Source: Candidatus Omnitrophota bacterium (GTDB lineage Bacteria; Hinthialibacterota; Hinthialibacteria; Hinthialibacterales; Hinthialibacteraceae). Taken from it: 64,000 bases of DNA. The notes under the pieces were generated by a model, which was not told the DNA's origin, ran no database searches, and saw only the letters and a list, made by a program, of their open reading frames with translations. Shown here piece by piece: positions 18,355 through 28,209 of this stretch; position 1 is the stretch's first letter, and every line of letters begins with the position of its first letter. The stretch covers positions 71,879 through 135,878 of the forward strand of contig QZKN01000085.1 of the NCBI GenBank assembly GCA_003598175.1. Reading direction: 5' to 3'. Both the position numbers and the translations under genes were made by a program.

Positions 18355-20418
18355 ATGCCTGACAACAATACGACTGCGATCGTTCAAGCAAGACTGGGTT
18401 CCACCCGGCTGCCGGAAAAGGCGTTGATGGCCATTGTCGGGAAGCCGATGCTTTGGCATATTGTTTCGCGCCTTAAAAGAGCAAAAGAAGTAGATAAGGT
18501 GGTGGTGGCGACTTCCGATTGCTCCGCGGATGCGCGGATTGCCGACTTTTGCCGTGATAATGATATCCCTTGTTTTCGCGGCAGCGAGAACGATGTGCTG
18601 GATCGCTTCTATCAAACCGCGAAGTGGCGCCAATCATCCGTGGTTGTGCGCATTACCGGTGATTGCCCGTTGATCGATCCGGAGGTGGTGGATCGGGTTC
18701 TGCATGAATACAAAACCGGTTCGGCTGATTATGTGACCAATACTCTGATTTATACATTTCCGGAGGGATTGGATGTGGAAGTCTTTTCTTTTTCCGCTCT
18801 TGAAACCGCCTGGCGGGAAGCAAAAACGGAGCGGGAACGGGAGCATGTAACTCCCTATATTCGCTATTCGGGAAGATTCAAGACGAAAAACGTTTTCTCC
18901 AATGGCTCCTTTCCTCGGCGCGATTATCATTGGTCGGTGGATTATCCTGAGGACCTGCAATTCGTATCAGCGGTGTATGAACGGTTAGCTTCGAATGCAT
19001 CCCTCTTTTTTTCCACCGAGGCGGTCATTGAATTGTTGGAATCCAATCCCGAACTCATGGAAATCAACAAAAAAATCATCGTCAATGAAGGCGGATTGCT
19101 TTCCTACACAAAGGAAACGCCGGTTCCTGTTCGGGAACGCTCCCTGGAAAAAAGTAACACGCTCAAGGCAAAGGCGAAAGAAATCATTCCTTCCTGCACA
19201 CAAACCTTCAGTAAAGGTCCGACACAATTCGTACAGGGAGTCGCTCCCGTGTATCTGCAAAAAGGAAAAGGATGCCGGGTGTGGGATGTAGACGGGAATG
19301 AATACATCGACTATGCCATGGGATTGGCGCCTGTGATTCTGGGTTATGGGTATCCGAGCGTGGTGGAAGCAGTCGCCGCGCAAATAAAAGAAGGTACGAC
19401 GTTTACTTTACCTCATCCTCTGGAAATCGAAGTTTCACAGAAACTGGTGGAGTTGATTCCCTGCGCGGAGATGGTGCGATTCGGGAAAAATGGCTCCGAC
19501 GCGACTTCCGGCGCCATTCGCGCGGCTAGAGCTTATACCGGCAGAGATAGAATTGCCTGTTGTGGCTATCATGGTTGGCAGGATTGGTATATTGGAACCA
19601 CCACCCGCAATAAAGGGATTCCCGAAGCGGTTCGTCAATTAACCTCGCCGTTTTCCTACAATAATCTGGAAAGTCTCGAACGGATTTTTGAACAGTACCC
19701 CCAACAAATCGCGGCAGTGATTATGGAACCTGTCGGTGTGGAAGAACCGCGGGATCACTTTTTGCAAAAAGTCAAAGAATTGGCCTATCGTGAAGGCGCG
19801 GTTCTGATTTTTGATGAGATCGTAACCGGTTTCCGCATGGCTTTGGGGGGAGCGCAAGAGTATTTCGGCGTGATACCCGACATGGCTTGTTATGGAAAAG
19901 CCATGGGAAACGGCTTTCCCATTGCCGCCATTGTGGGACGCCGCGACATCATGGAACTGTTCGATGAAATCTTTTTTTCGTTCACGTTTGGAGGGGAAAC
20001 CGCTTCGCTTGCGGCGGCGTTGGCGACCATTCAGGAACTGCAAACCAATCAGGTAATACCGCATTTGTGGTGGCAGGGGCAAAAAATCCGGAACGGTTTC
20101 AATGTTCTTGCACGGCATTACGGATTGGAAGCATATATGGAATGCAAAGGATATGCTCCCCGGGTGGCGGTCCAGTTTCATGAACAAGATTCACAACGGC
20201 CGATCCTGAAAAGTTTATATCAGCAGGAATGCCTGAAACGCGGGATTCTATTCACTTCGGGGCATAATCTCTCGTATTCTCATACAGTGGAAGATATCGA
20301 TTATACCTTGCGTGTATATCGGACGGTTATGGAAATTATGGCTCAGGCCATCCGTTCGGGAAATCCGGAGGCATGGTTGGAGGGAGAAATTGTCCAGCCT
20401 GTGTTTCGTCGATATTAA
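18355..20418 (+). CDS. Fusion: SpsF-type cytidylyltransferase + class III (GSA-aminomutase-like) aminotransferase
   Basis: N-terminal QARLGSTRLPEK, RGSENDVLDRF, RITGDCPLIDP, REHVTPY; C-terminal WDVDGNEYID, FGKNGSDA, YHGWQDW, FDEIVTGFR, YGKAMGNG. Confidence 0.9.
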   Translation: MPDNNTTAIVQARLGSTRLPEKALMAIVGKPMLWHIVSRLKRAKEVDKVVVATSDCSADARIADFCRDNDIPCFRGSENDVLDRFYQTAKWRQSSVVVRITGDCPLIDPEVVDRVLHEYKTGSADYVTNTLIYTFPEGLDVEVFSFSALETAWREAKTEREREHVTPYIRYSGRFKTKNVFSNGSFPRRDYHWSVDYPEDLQFVSAVYERLASNASLFFSTEAVIELLESNPELMEINKKIIVNEGGLLSYTKETPVPVRERSLEKSNTLKAKAKEIIPSCTQTFSKGPTQFVQGVAPVYLQKGKGCRVWDVDGNEYIDYAMGLAPVILGYGYPSVVEAVAAQIKEGTTFTLPHPLEIEVSQKLVELIPCAEMVRFGKNGSDATSGAIRAARAYTGRDRIACCGYHGWQDWYIGTTTRNKGIPEAVRQLTSPFSYNNLESLERIFEQYPQQIAAVIMEPVGVEEPRDHFLQKVKELAYREGAVLIFDEIVTGFRMALGGAQEYFGVIPDMACYGKAMGNGFPIAAIVGRRDIMELFDEIFFSFTFGGETASLAAALATIQELQTNQVIPHLWWQGQKIRNGFNVLARHYGLEAYMECKGYAPRVAVQFHEQDSQRPILKSLYQQECLKRGILFTSGHNLSYSHTVEDIDYTLRVYRTVMEIMAQAIRSGNPEAWLEGEIVQPVFRRY

Positions 20419-20478
20419 TTAAAATTAGAGAAATTGAACCTATGATGGCTTTCCGCAGATGGATGGTCTTGGGACAGA

Positions 20479-21036
20479 ATGATAACCATGGAAGAACGAA
20501 CGGGAAATCTATTTATAAAAGGCGAAAAAATATTCCTTCGGGAAGTGGATTTCACGGATGTCAATGAACAGTATCTCCGATGGATGAACGATCGAGAAAT
20601 TAACCAATATCTCGAATCACGCTTTTTCCCTCAGTCCCTGGAAAAACTTGAAGCCTTTGTGAGAAGTATGAAAGAAAGCAAGCAGCATGTTTTTTTGGCC
20701 ATAATAGATAATCTAGCCAATGAACATATTGGGAATATCAAATTAGGGCCGATTGATTGGATTCATCGGCGCGCTGAAATTGGCTTTCTGATTGGCAACA
20801 AATCGTATTGGGGTAAGGGGTACGCAACGGAAGCGATTCGGCTTGTCGTGCAATATGCCTTTGATACGTTGAATGTACACAAAGTCACGGCGGGATGCTA
20901 CAGCACGAACGTTGGCTCCGTTAAAGCGATGGAGAAGGTGGGATTCATGCAAGAAGGGGTATTGAAGGAACATTGTTTTTGCAATGGACGATATGTCGAT
21001 ATAATTCGCTTCGGAATCATAAAATCCGAACCGTGA
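20479..21036 (+). CDS. GNAT N-acetyltransferase (RimJ/RimL-like)
   Basis: HIGNIKLGPID, WGKGYATEAI, NVGSVKAMEKVGF. Confidence 0.85.
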   Translation: MITMEERTGNLFIKGEKIFLREVDFTDVNEQYLRWMNDREINQYLESRFFPQSLEKLEAFVRSMKESKQHVFLAIIDNLANEHIGNIKLGPIDWIHRRAEIGFLIGNKSYWGKGYATEAIRLVVQYAFDTLNVHKVTAGCYSTNVGSVKAMEKVGFMQEGVLKEHCFCNGRYVDIIRFGIIKSEP

Positions 21037-21340
21037 AAAGGATTCCCTGCCATGTGATTATCCGAAGACGAAAGACAATGGATTAAACAATCCGTTAGTC
21101 GCTTGGATTCTCAGGCGCAAATCTGGTTGTTCGGCTCTCGCGTTTCGGATCGAGAAAAAGGAGGCGATATTGATTTGCTGATCCTTTTGGATCGGTTGAC
21201 TTTCGCGGACAAACTGGAAATCAAGCGGTTTCTTTTCGAACGGATGGATGAGCAGAAAATCGATATTGTGATTTCTTCTCCGGACCAGCAGGTACCGTTC
21301 GTGAACATAGCGCTGGAGAATAGTGTGAGGTTGTAATTGA
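21034..21340 (+). repeat. Direct repeat copy 1 (MNT gene plus leader)
   Basis: Aligns ungapped with 22005-22311 (offset 971); about 19 mismatches by manual count. Confidence 0.95.
21052..21336 (+). pseudogene. Minimal nucleotidyltransferase (MNT antitoxin) with nonsense at codon 2
   Basis: ATG TGA here versus ATG CGA in the intact copy at 22023. The rest of the frame keeps FGSR...GGDID. Confidence 0.85.
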
Positions 21341-21346
21341 GACGAA

Positions 21347-21628
21347 ATGAAAACTATAAAAATTACGATTGAATTTTGGAAAGAAGGCGATCTCGTTCTT
21401 GCTCGCTGTCCCGAATTGGATATGGTGGGTCAGGGTGATTCTTTGGAGCAAGCCAAACGAAATCTTCTGGAAGTTGTTGAAATCCAGTTTGAGGAGATGA
21501 AAGAGCTGGGTACACTGGAAGAATTTTTACTCGAAGCGGGTTATACATCGAAAGACGAAATTATGGAATCAGAAAAAGAGATTATCGGTTTCGATAAATC
21601 ATTTGTATGCCTTGAGAATGTGGCATGA
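21347..21628 (+). CDS. hicB: HicB family antitoxin
   Basis: WKEGDLVLARCPELDMVGQGDSLEQAKRNLLE motif; overlaps hicA start. Confidence 0.85.
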   Translation: MKTIKITIEFWKEGDLVLARCPELDMVGQGDSLEQAKRNLLEVVEIQFEEMKELGTLEEFLLEAGYTSKDEIMESEKEIIGFDKSFVCLENVA

Positions 21629-21855
21629 GGCGGATCATTCCTACCGATTGGCAAACACAGGCTCGAATCTTCGAAAAATATGGTTGTACGTTTAGACGCC
21701 AAAAAGGTGACCATTTGATCTACCATCATCCAAGAGCCAAAAGAGCTGTAGTCATTCCAAGGTATAAAGAAGTGAGTATATCCATCATAAAAAGCAACAT
21801 GAAGACAGTAGGGATGACTGTCGATGAATACTTCCACTTGCTAACCATAGAATAA
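21625..21855 (+). CDS. hicA: HicA family toxin
   Basis: RQKGDHLIYHHP...VVIP...IIKSNMKTVGM; 76 aa. Confidence 0.85.
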   Translation: MRRIIPTDWQTQARIFEKYGCTFRRQKGDHLIYHHPRAKRAVVIPRYKEVSISIIKSNMKTVGMTVDEYFHLLTIE

Positions 21856-21873
21856 AGTGAATCGAATATTCCG

Positions 21874-21993
21874 ATGCAGTTATTGATTCGTGCGGATGCG
21901 AGTTCCCCAATCGGATCGGGTCATGTCATGCGCTGTCTGGCGCTGGCTCAAGCATGGATGAACGAAGGAGGCCAGGTCACTTTTTTATCATGA
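21874..21993 (+). pseudogene. 5' stub of a second pseG allele (39 aa)
   Basis: Translates MQLLIRADASSPIGSGHVMRCLALAQAWMNEGGQVTFLS*, 28/37 identical to the N-terminus of 22819-24324. Not in the ORF track. Confidence 0.9.
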
Positions 21994-22004
21994 AATTTGA
22001 ATCA

Positions 22005-22311
22005 TGAAAAGGATTCCCTGCCATGCGACTATCCGAAGACGAAAGACAATGGATTAAACAGTCCGTTTGTCGATTGGATCCTCAGGCGCAAATCTGGTTG
22101 TTCGGCTCTCGCGTTTCGGATCGGGAAAAAGGAGGCGATATTGATTTGCTGATCCTTTCGGATCGGTTGACTTTCGCGGACAAACTAGAAATCAAGCGGT
22201 TTCTTTTCGAACGGATGGATGAGCAGAAAATCGATATTGTGATTTCTTCTCCGGACAAGCAGGATCCGTTCATGAACCTAGCGCTGGAAAACAGTGTGAG
22301 ATTATGATTGA
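22005..22311 (+). repeat. Direct repeat copy 2 (MNT gene plus leader)
   Basis: Partner of 21034-21340. Confidence 0.95.
22023..22307 (+). CDS. Minimal nucleotidyltransferase antitoxin (MntA-like)
   Basis: WLFGSRVSDREKGGDIDLLI; overlaps HEPN start (ATGA). Confidence 0.9.
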   Translation: MRLSEDERQWIKQSVCRLDPQAQIWLFGSRVSDREKGGDIDLLILSDRLTFADKLEIKRFLFERMDEQKIDIVISSPDKQDPFMNLALENSVRL

Positions 22312-22774
22312 TCCAAACCGACTTCTTTATCTCCAGGAACAACTCGAACGGTTGGAGACGGCAGGGAAAATTTTTGCCTATTCCTGGGAGTGTTGCCAAA
22401 AGATTGAAGAAAAAAAAGACTATTCACATCGTGAATTGGATCAAATTGATGCGTTTACCAGCCGATTTGCACGGTTAAGCGATCTTGTGATTCAAAAGTT
22501 GTTTCGACTGATCAATCAGATCGATTTGGAGGAGGAAGGTTCGATTCGAGATCGTATCAACCTGGCAGAAAAAAAGGGATTGATTCAAACGGCGGATTGT
22601 TTTATTCAAATCAGGATTTTACGAAACGAAATTGCACATGAATATCTACCCGATGCCATGATTCAGATTTTTAAAAAATGTAAGGAATACGCTCCGTATC
22701 TGCTGGACAGTATCCGGAGGATCAATGAATATTGTCAGAAGTATACGTTCAACCACAATAGTAATTCGGATTGA
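22304..22774 (+). CDS. HEPN-domain toxin (HepT/HI0074-like)
   Basis: RNEIAHEY = RX4HXY motif; coupled to MNT. Confidence 0.85.
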   Translation: MIDPNRLLYLQEQLERLETAGKIFAYSWECCQKIEEKKDYSHRELDQIDAFTSRFARLSDLVIQKLFRLINQIDLEEEGSIRDRINLAEKKGLIQTADCFIQIRILRNEIAHEYLPDAMIQIFKKCKEYAPYLLDSIRRINEYCQKYTFNHNSNSD

Positions 22775-22818
22775 ATAGGATTCATTCCGAGCTAGTATTT
22801 CCATAAAAAAGTAAATTG

Positions 22819-24324
22819 ATGCGCAAGATATTATTAGTCCGCACTGATGCGTCTACGCAGATTGGAACCGGTCATGTCATGCGTTGCCTGGCGTTGGCTC
22901 AAGCCTGGCTGGATGAGGGAGGCCGGGTCGTTTTCTTGTCGTCGAATTTCCCCGCCGGATTATTGCCGCATTTGCAGGAAGATGGGATTCGGTTATGTGA
23001 TTTATCGGCTGTACCTGGTTCACCGCAAGATGCGGTTGAGTGCGCAAAGTTCGCTCAGGAAATCGGTGCGAGCTGGATCATTGTGGACGGTTATCATTTC
23101 AATGCCGACTATCAAAAAGTCATCAAGGATCAGAATCTCCGTCTCCTGTTCCTCGATGATTATGGTCATGCGGATCATTATCATGCGGACATGGTGTTGA
23201 ATCAAAATTGTTGCGCATCCGAAGAGTTCTATCCTCATAAAGAATCTCATACGCAATTATTATTAGGTCCAAAATACGTTTTGCTGCGACGTGAATTCTT
23301 ACGATGGAGAGAGTGGCGCCGCACGATTTCCGAAAAGGCCGCGCGTATTCTGGTTACGTTCGGCGGCAGTGATACGCAGAATGTAACAATGAAAGTCATC
23401 CAGGTTTTGGAGCGAGTAAAACACTCTGATCTTCAAGTCGAAATTGTTGTAGGGGCAGGCAATAGATGCCGGGATTCCATTCAGGAATATGTTGTAAATG
23501 CAAAACAGAATTACGAATTATTATGTTCTATCGATACTATGGCCGAAGTGATGGCCTGGGCGGATATGGCTATATCCGCGGCCGGCGGTACGTGTTGGGA
23601 ATTGGCCTTTCTGGGAGTGCCGTCTCTGCTGCTCCTTACGGCGGAAAATCAAAACGGGAATGCCCAATACATGGAAGAATCTCATGCCGCGAAAATAATC
23701 GGACGTGCAGCCGATTTGGAACTTCATGATCTGGCGCAAGCAATCGAATCGTTCGTGCAGAATGAGGAAGTGCGGAAAATCATGTCGGAAAAGGGACGTC
23801 AATTGGTTGATGGATTTGGCGCGTCTCGGGTTTCCGCTGCGTTAATGAAGGAAGGATTATTTCTGCGTCCAGCGATGCCAACGGATTGCTGTATTCTTTG
23901 GGAATGGGCGAATGATCCGGTAACGCGAGCCATGGCTATAAACAAGAATCCCATCCCATTGGCTGACCATGTTCGCTGGTTCGAACAAAAAATGAAAAAC
24001 GCACAAAGCGTCATTCTCATTCTTGAGCACGACGCTGTACCGGCGGGACAAATTCGATTCGATATCGGTGAAGATCAAACCACTGAAATCGATATTGCCG
24101 TTGCTCCCTCTCACCGCGGGCGCTCTCTGGGAACCTGGCTTTTGCGGGAAGGAATTCGTTATTTTTTATCGTTCAATCAGTCGGTAAAAACAATTCTGGG
24201 ACGCATTCGGGAAGAGAATCAATCTTCGCAACGCATTTTTGAAAAGAGCGGATTTATGTGGGAAAAAAGTGAGTTCATCGAAGACGGCGTTCTTCGATAC
24301 TATAATTATAACGTCAACCAATGA
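22819..24324 (+). CDS. pseG: PseG UDP-sugar hydrolase fused to C-terminal GNAT (PseH-like)
   Basis: RTDASTQIGTGHVMRCLALA, VDGY, LLGPKYVLLRREF, TFGGSD, AAGGTCWE; C-terminal WANDP...AGQIRFD...HRGRSLG. Confidence 0.85.
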   Translation: MRKILLVRTDASTQIGTGHVMRCLALAQAWLDEGGRVVFLSSNFPAGLLPHLQEDGIRLCDLSAVPGSPQDAVECAKFAQEIGASWIIVDGYHFNADYQKVIKDQNLRLLFLDDYGHADHYHADMVLNQNCCASEEFYPHKESHTQLLLGPKYVLLRREFLRWREWRRTISEKAARILVTFGGSDTQNVTMKVIQVLERVKHSDLQVEIVVGAGNRCRDSIQEYVVNAKQNYELLCSIDTMAEVMAWADMAISAAGGTCWELAFLGVPSLLLLTAENQNGNAQYMEESHAAKIIGRAADLELHDLAQAIESFVQNEEVRKIMSEKGRQLVDGFGASRVSAALMKEGLFLRPAMPTDCCILWEWANDPVTRAMAINKNPIPLADHVRWFEQKMKNAQSVILILEHDAVPAGQIRFDIGEDQTTEIDIAVAPSHRGRSLGTWLLREGIRYFLSFNQSVKTILGRIREENQSSQRIFEKSGFMWEKSEFIEDGVLRYYNYNVNQ

Positions 24325-25361
24325 GCCATCCTAAACACACCATTACAATCGATCATCGTATCATTGGCGACGGGCACCCCTGTTTGATTATCGCGGAAAT
24401 CGGAATCAATCATGACGGCTGTCTGACCCGTGCTCATGAGATGATCGAGGCCGCCAAACAGTCCGGCGCAGACGCCGTCAAATTTCAAACGGTGGATCCG
24501 GATGCCAGTTATGTTCCGGAGAGTCCATCCTACCAAGCATTCTCCGGCAAGGGATTTACCGAAAGTCAATATCGCGAATTGATTGCCCATTGCCGGGAAT
24601 TGAATATGATCTTTTTTACAACGCCCGGAGATTTTCCCTCCCTGCGACTGTGTCAACACTTGCAGCTACCCGCGCTAAAAATCAGTTCGGGGCTGTTCAC
24701 CAATCTTCCGTTGATCCTGGAAGCCACTCGGCTGGGAATCCCTCTCATCATTTCCACGGGAATGAGCTACCTCTGGGAAATCTCTCGTCTGGTAACAACG
24801 CTGGAAAGTCAACATTTTTTTGAATTCGCTCTTTTGCATTGCGTGAGTACGTATCCGGTTGCCGAAGAGAAACTTAACTTACGGGCAATCGAATATCTGA
24901 AAACCATTTTTCCCTATCCTATCGGGTATTCCAATCATTGTCTTCATCCTCTCGCATGCAGCAATGCGGTTGCGGCCGGCGCCTGTATACTCGAACAACA
25001 CTTCACGTTGGATCGCTCCTTGCCCAATGCGGATCATTCCATTTCCATGGAACCGGATGCATTTGCCGTTATGGTCGAGAATGTGCGCAGCACCGAAAAA
25101 ATGTTGGGACGGGCCGACAAACGACCGACCGATGAGGAGTTGCAAGCCAAAGATAACGTACGGCGATATTTGGTCGCAAATTGTGACATTACCAAAGGCC
25201 AACCGTTCAATTCCGTTAATGTTGGAATCAAGCGCCTGGTGCAACAAACAGGATTAACTCCGGAATTCCACGAATTTGTTCTGGGAAAACGAGCCGGCCG
25301 GGATATGAACAAAAATGAGCCGATTCGATTGTATGATCTATTGGAACCGGAGTGGCATTGA
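24321..25361 (+). CDS. N-acetylneuraminate synthase family protein with SAF domain (PseI/LegI-like)
   Basis: AEIGINHDG, ADAVKFQT, LHCVSTYP, EQHFTLDR...DHSIS; C-terminal RRYLVANCDITKG SAF domain. Confidence 0.85.
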   Translation: MSHPKHTITIDHRIIGDGHPCLIIAEIGINHDGCLTRAHEMIEAAKQSGADAVKFQTVDPDASYVPESPSYQAFSGKGFTESQYRELIAHCRELNMIFFTTPGDFPSLRLCQHLQLPALKISSGLFTNLPLILEATRLGIPLIISTGMSYLWEISRLVTTLESQHFFEFALLHCVSTYPVAEEKLNLRAIEYLKTIFPYPIGYSNHCLHPLACSNAVAAGACILEQHFTLDRSLPNADHSISMEPDAFAVMVENVRSTEKMLGRADKRPTDEELQAKDNVRRYLVANCDITKGQPFNSVNVGIKRLVQQTGLTPEFHEFVLGKRAGRDMNKNEPIRLYDLLEPEWH

Positions 25362-25450
25362 TGGCTTTTTTCCGTGGTGGAATGACAACCGTTATTTTTC
25401 CCTTGGCGGATCATCTGCCAAAGTAGATAATCACGATTTCTGATGCGAGT

Positions 25451-26503
25451 ATGTTTATGAAAAATCTCAATATTCTGTTGACTTGTGTTGGCGGTTTATT
25501 TTCGGTGGAAACGATACGGATGATGAAATCCGATGTCGATTTTGCGATTCGGGTGATTGGAGTGGATGCGAATCCCGCCACACCAAATCGTTTTTTTGCC
25601 GATCGTTTTTATTCTGTTCCCCTGGCGAAATCGGATCCTACGCGATTTATTCAAGAATTATTGCTGATCAGCCAAAAAGAATCCACTCAAATTATTCTTC
25701 CGGGCTCCGATGAAGAAGCGTTTGAATTGTCAAAAAATAAGAAACAGTTTGAAGAACGCGGGATTCGATGCGCCGTGGATTCGTTTGAAACCATCCGTCT
25801 ACTTCGGGATAAATTTGAGTGTTTCTCATTTTTAAAAAACAAAGGAATTGATGTTCCGATGGTATATGACGTCTCCACAGTGGATGCGTTGCCAACCCTT
25901 GCGGTTCGTATGGGATATCCGGAAAAACGGTTTATCATAAAACCGAAAATGAGTCGAGGCGCAAGGAATATTTTCTTTGTCGATTCGCGAGCAACCGCTC
26001 CCCATTCTCCAAATCAACAAAGGGAGTCGAGATGGTGTGATTTGGATACCCTGCTCACGGAGTATCGTGAACGGATTCGAGCCGGGGAATGCATGGCGAT
26101 GGAATATGTTCCCGGTCCATCCTATGATGTCGATTGCATTGCAAGCCAGGGACAGGTTCTATGCGTACTGCCGAGAAAGCGCGAATGGCCGGATGAATTC
26201 TCTTCCTTCAATCAGGGGTGTTTGCCGGAAAACAATGGGAAGATACAAAACCTGATTGCCGAGATTGCTCAGGCCTTATCGCTGAATACCATTTTCGATT
26301 TCGATTGCGGTACGCGCGAAAACGGCTTGCCGGGATTGTATGAAATCAATCCGCGGATGAGTGGATCGATTGCTTCCTGCCGGGCCGGCAATGTGAATCT
26401 TCTCAATATATTATTTCGTTATCTGCTAAATATGCCTATTCCTGTCGTTGAATTCCAATATGGGAAAAGAATGATCCCGGTGCTACAGATGATATTTCAG
26501 TAA
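25451..26503 (+). CDS. ATP-grasp domain protein
   Basis: ILPGSDEE, DKFEC, IIKPKMSRGARN, MEYVPG, YEINPRMSG. Confidence 0.8.
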   Translation: MFMKNLNILLTCVGGLFSVETIRMMKSDVDFAIRVIGVDANPATPNRFFADRFYSVPLAKSDPTRFIQELLLISQKESTQIILPGSDEEAFELSKNKKQFEERGIRCAVDSFETIRLLRDKFECFSFLKNKGIDVPMVYDVSTVDALPTLAVRMGYPEKRFIIKPKMSRGARNIFFVDSRATAPHSPNQQRESRWCDLDTLLTEYRERIRAGECMAMEYVPGPSYDVDCIASQGQVLCVLPRKREWPDEFSSFNQGCLPENNGKIQNLIAEIAQALSLNTIFDFDCGTRENGLPGLYEINPRMSGSIASCRAGNVNLLNILFRYLLNMPIPVVEFQYGKRMIPVLQMIFQ

Positions 26504-26572
26504 ACCATGAAGAAACAAATATCCTTGGATCTCTTCATATTTCTATCCAACGTCACCCGCGAATAATAAGCC

Positions 26573-28186
26573 ATGAATTTTATTTTAGACATTAAGAAAA
26601 TGAAAATCGACGCGGAAGGAATTGTCGATTTTCACTGGCCGATCGAGCGGAAAGAAATCACGTTGGTTCGGGATACGCTTCTCAATGCATATATTAAAAT
26701 CTATCAAGACCATGCCCATACCCATCCGGAAGATTCCCGTATATTCGGCCTATTTATCTTAACGTGTTTAAACCGAGTGATGGTTTTGTTTCAAAGCTGG
26801 GCTTTATGGAGTCGATTAACTGCCAAAGATATTGTTCCTGTAATATCCGAAAACAGCCAATGGATGCAGCATTACGCCCATGACGCGATGCCGGATGTCA
26901 ACGACCTTTCCAATCAATTGATCAACGGCCCCTATCGAAATCAAAAATGGTACGCGCCTTTGCTGCGTCTTTTGTGGCGAAGCAAAATCTTTCTAGCCTT
27001 TAACAATTTTTCTATGCCGCGTTGGCTCAATCCCGAGTGTATTATATCCACGGAATGTACCTCCTTCGTCGTAAAACATGCTCGTTCGGTCTCGGAACGG
27101 ATTGTCTATTCGTCCTATACTGATTGGTTTCCTCCGGTGGATCGTGAAATCGCCGAAGCATCGATCCATTGGAAACCGCTTCATGAGACCATGATCGATG
27201 AGATCGTGCAGGAAACCGAATCCGCGTTTCAAAAATTCAATATCACATTTACGGACAAAATCAAACATTACGTGCGGGAATGGATCAAGCAATCCACCGC
27301 GTCGATTCGATGGCGCTGTCATTTGTTATCAGAACAACCGGACAAATTGCCAAAGCGATTGTGGACCGGAACGGGAGGAACCATATGGGCGAAGATTTTT
27401 CGCCATGTCGTCCATGCCGATGGAGGGCACGTCACCGGCCATGATCACGGTATTGGAGCGGGGCATTTGAAATATCCTTACAAAATGTTAATTGATTTCA
27501 TGGATTGTCATCAGTTCGTTACTTTTACTCCTGCTCATAGCGATATGTTACAGCAAAATCTCCGGCAGGATTGGCTGATTTCAAATCATCCACCGGAAAT
27601 TTGCTCTCTCCCCATCTCGCCCGGACAGGAAGTCAAAGTCGCCGAATTATCCCGCCGGTTGCATGCGCCGCCCAGAAGCGTGATGTATATCTCTTCGTTT
27701 TATACGGGAGAGTGGTTCCATTTAGCCGTTCAAGTACCGGATTATATACAAATCGATTGGGAGAGTCGTTTGTTCGGTCGACTGCATCAGTGGGGGTATA
27801 CCATTTACCATAAGCCGCATCCGGAAAGCTTCGAATTCCCCCCCGAAGAATTGTATGCGCCGTTTCACGTGATTCGCTTGCAGGACCCCTTTGAAAAGGT
27901 CATGGATCGCGCCGATGTGATCCTGTTCATCAATCCGCAATCCACAGCAATGGTCCATGCGTTGCAAACAGATATCCCATTGGTCTTTATCGATGTCGGC
28001 ATGTTCGAATGGATGCCGGAAGCGTATCGCTGTTTGGAAAAACGCTGCCAGATCGTCCCGGGACGATTTGATGAGCAGAACCGCATCCTGATTGACTGGG
28101 AAGAACTGAAAGATAAAATTCCGAAAGCAGTCGGAATGAAGGATGATTCCTTCCGGCACAATTTTATCTACCCTCGAAATTGCTAA
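26573..28186 (+). CDS. Hypothetical protein with GT-B-like C-terminus, candidate nonulosonate transferase
   Basis: 537-aa ORF with GHDHG, YHKPHPE and QSTAMVHALQTDIPLV (HP and S/T motifs reminiscent of CMP-sugar transferases). Confidence 0.5.
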   Translation: MNFILDIKKMKIDAEGIVDFHWPIERKEITLVRDTLLNAYIKIYQDHAHTHPEDSRIFGLFILTCLNRVMVLFQSWALWSRLTAKDIVPVISENSQWMQHYAHDAMPDVNDLSNQLINGPYRNQKWYAPLLRLLWRSKIFLAFNNFSMPRWLNPECIISTECTSFVVKHARSVSERIVYSSYTDWFPPVDREIAEASIHWKPLHETMIDEIVQETESAFQKFNITFTDKIKHYVREWIKQSTASIRWRCHLLSEQPDKLPKRLWTGTGGTIWAKIFRHVVHADGGHVTGHDHGIGAGHLKYPYKMLIDFMDCHQFVTFTPAHSDMLQQNLRQDWLISNHPPEICSLPISPGQEVKVAELSRRLHAPPRSVMYISSFYTGEWFHLAVQVPDYIQIDWESRLFGRLHQWGYTIYHKPHPESFEFPPEELYAPFHVIRLQDPFEKVMDRADVILFINPQSTAMVHALQTDIPLVFIDVGMFEWMPEAYRCLEKRCQIVPGRFDEQNRILIDWEELKDKIPKAVGMKDDSFRHNFIYPRNC

Positions 28187-28209
28187 CCGATTCGGTGAAT
28201 CCAACTGTT

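Noticed and set aside
18355-20418. Calling the fusion hemL
   Set aside because: It is fused to a cytidylyltransferase within a sugar pathway and has no tetrapyrrole context.
21034-22311. Direct repeats as ends of a composite transposon
   Set aside because: The repeats are MNT genes, with no transposase, terminal inverted repeats or target-site duplication.
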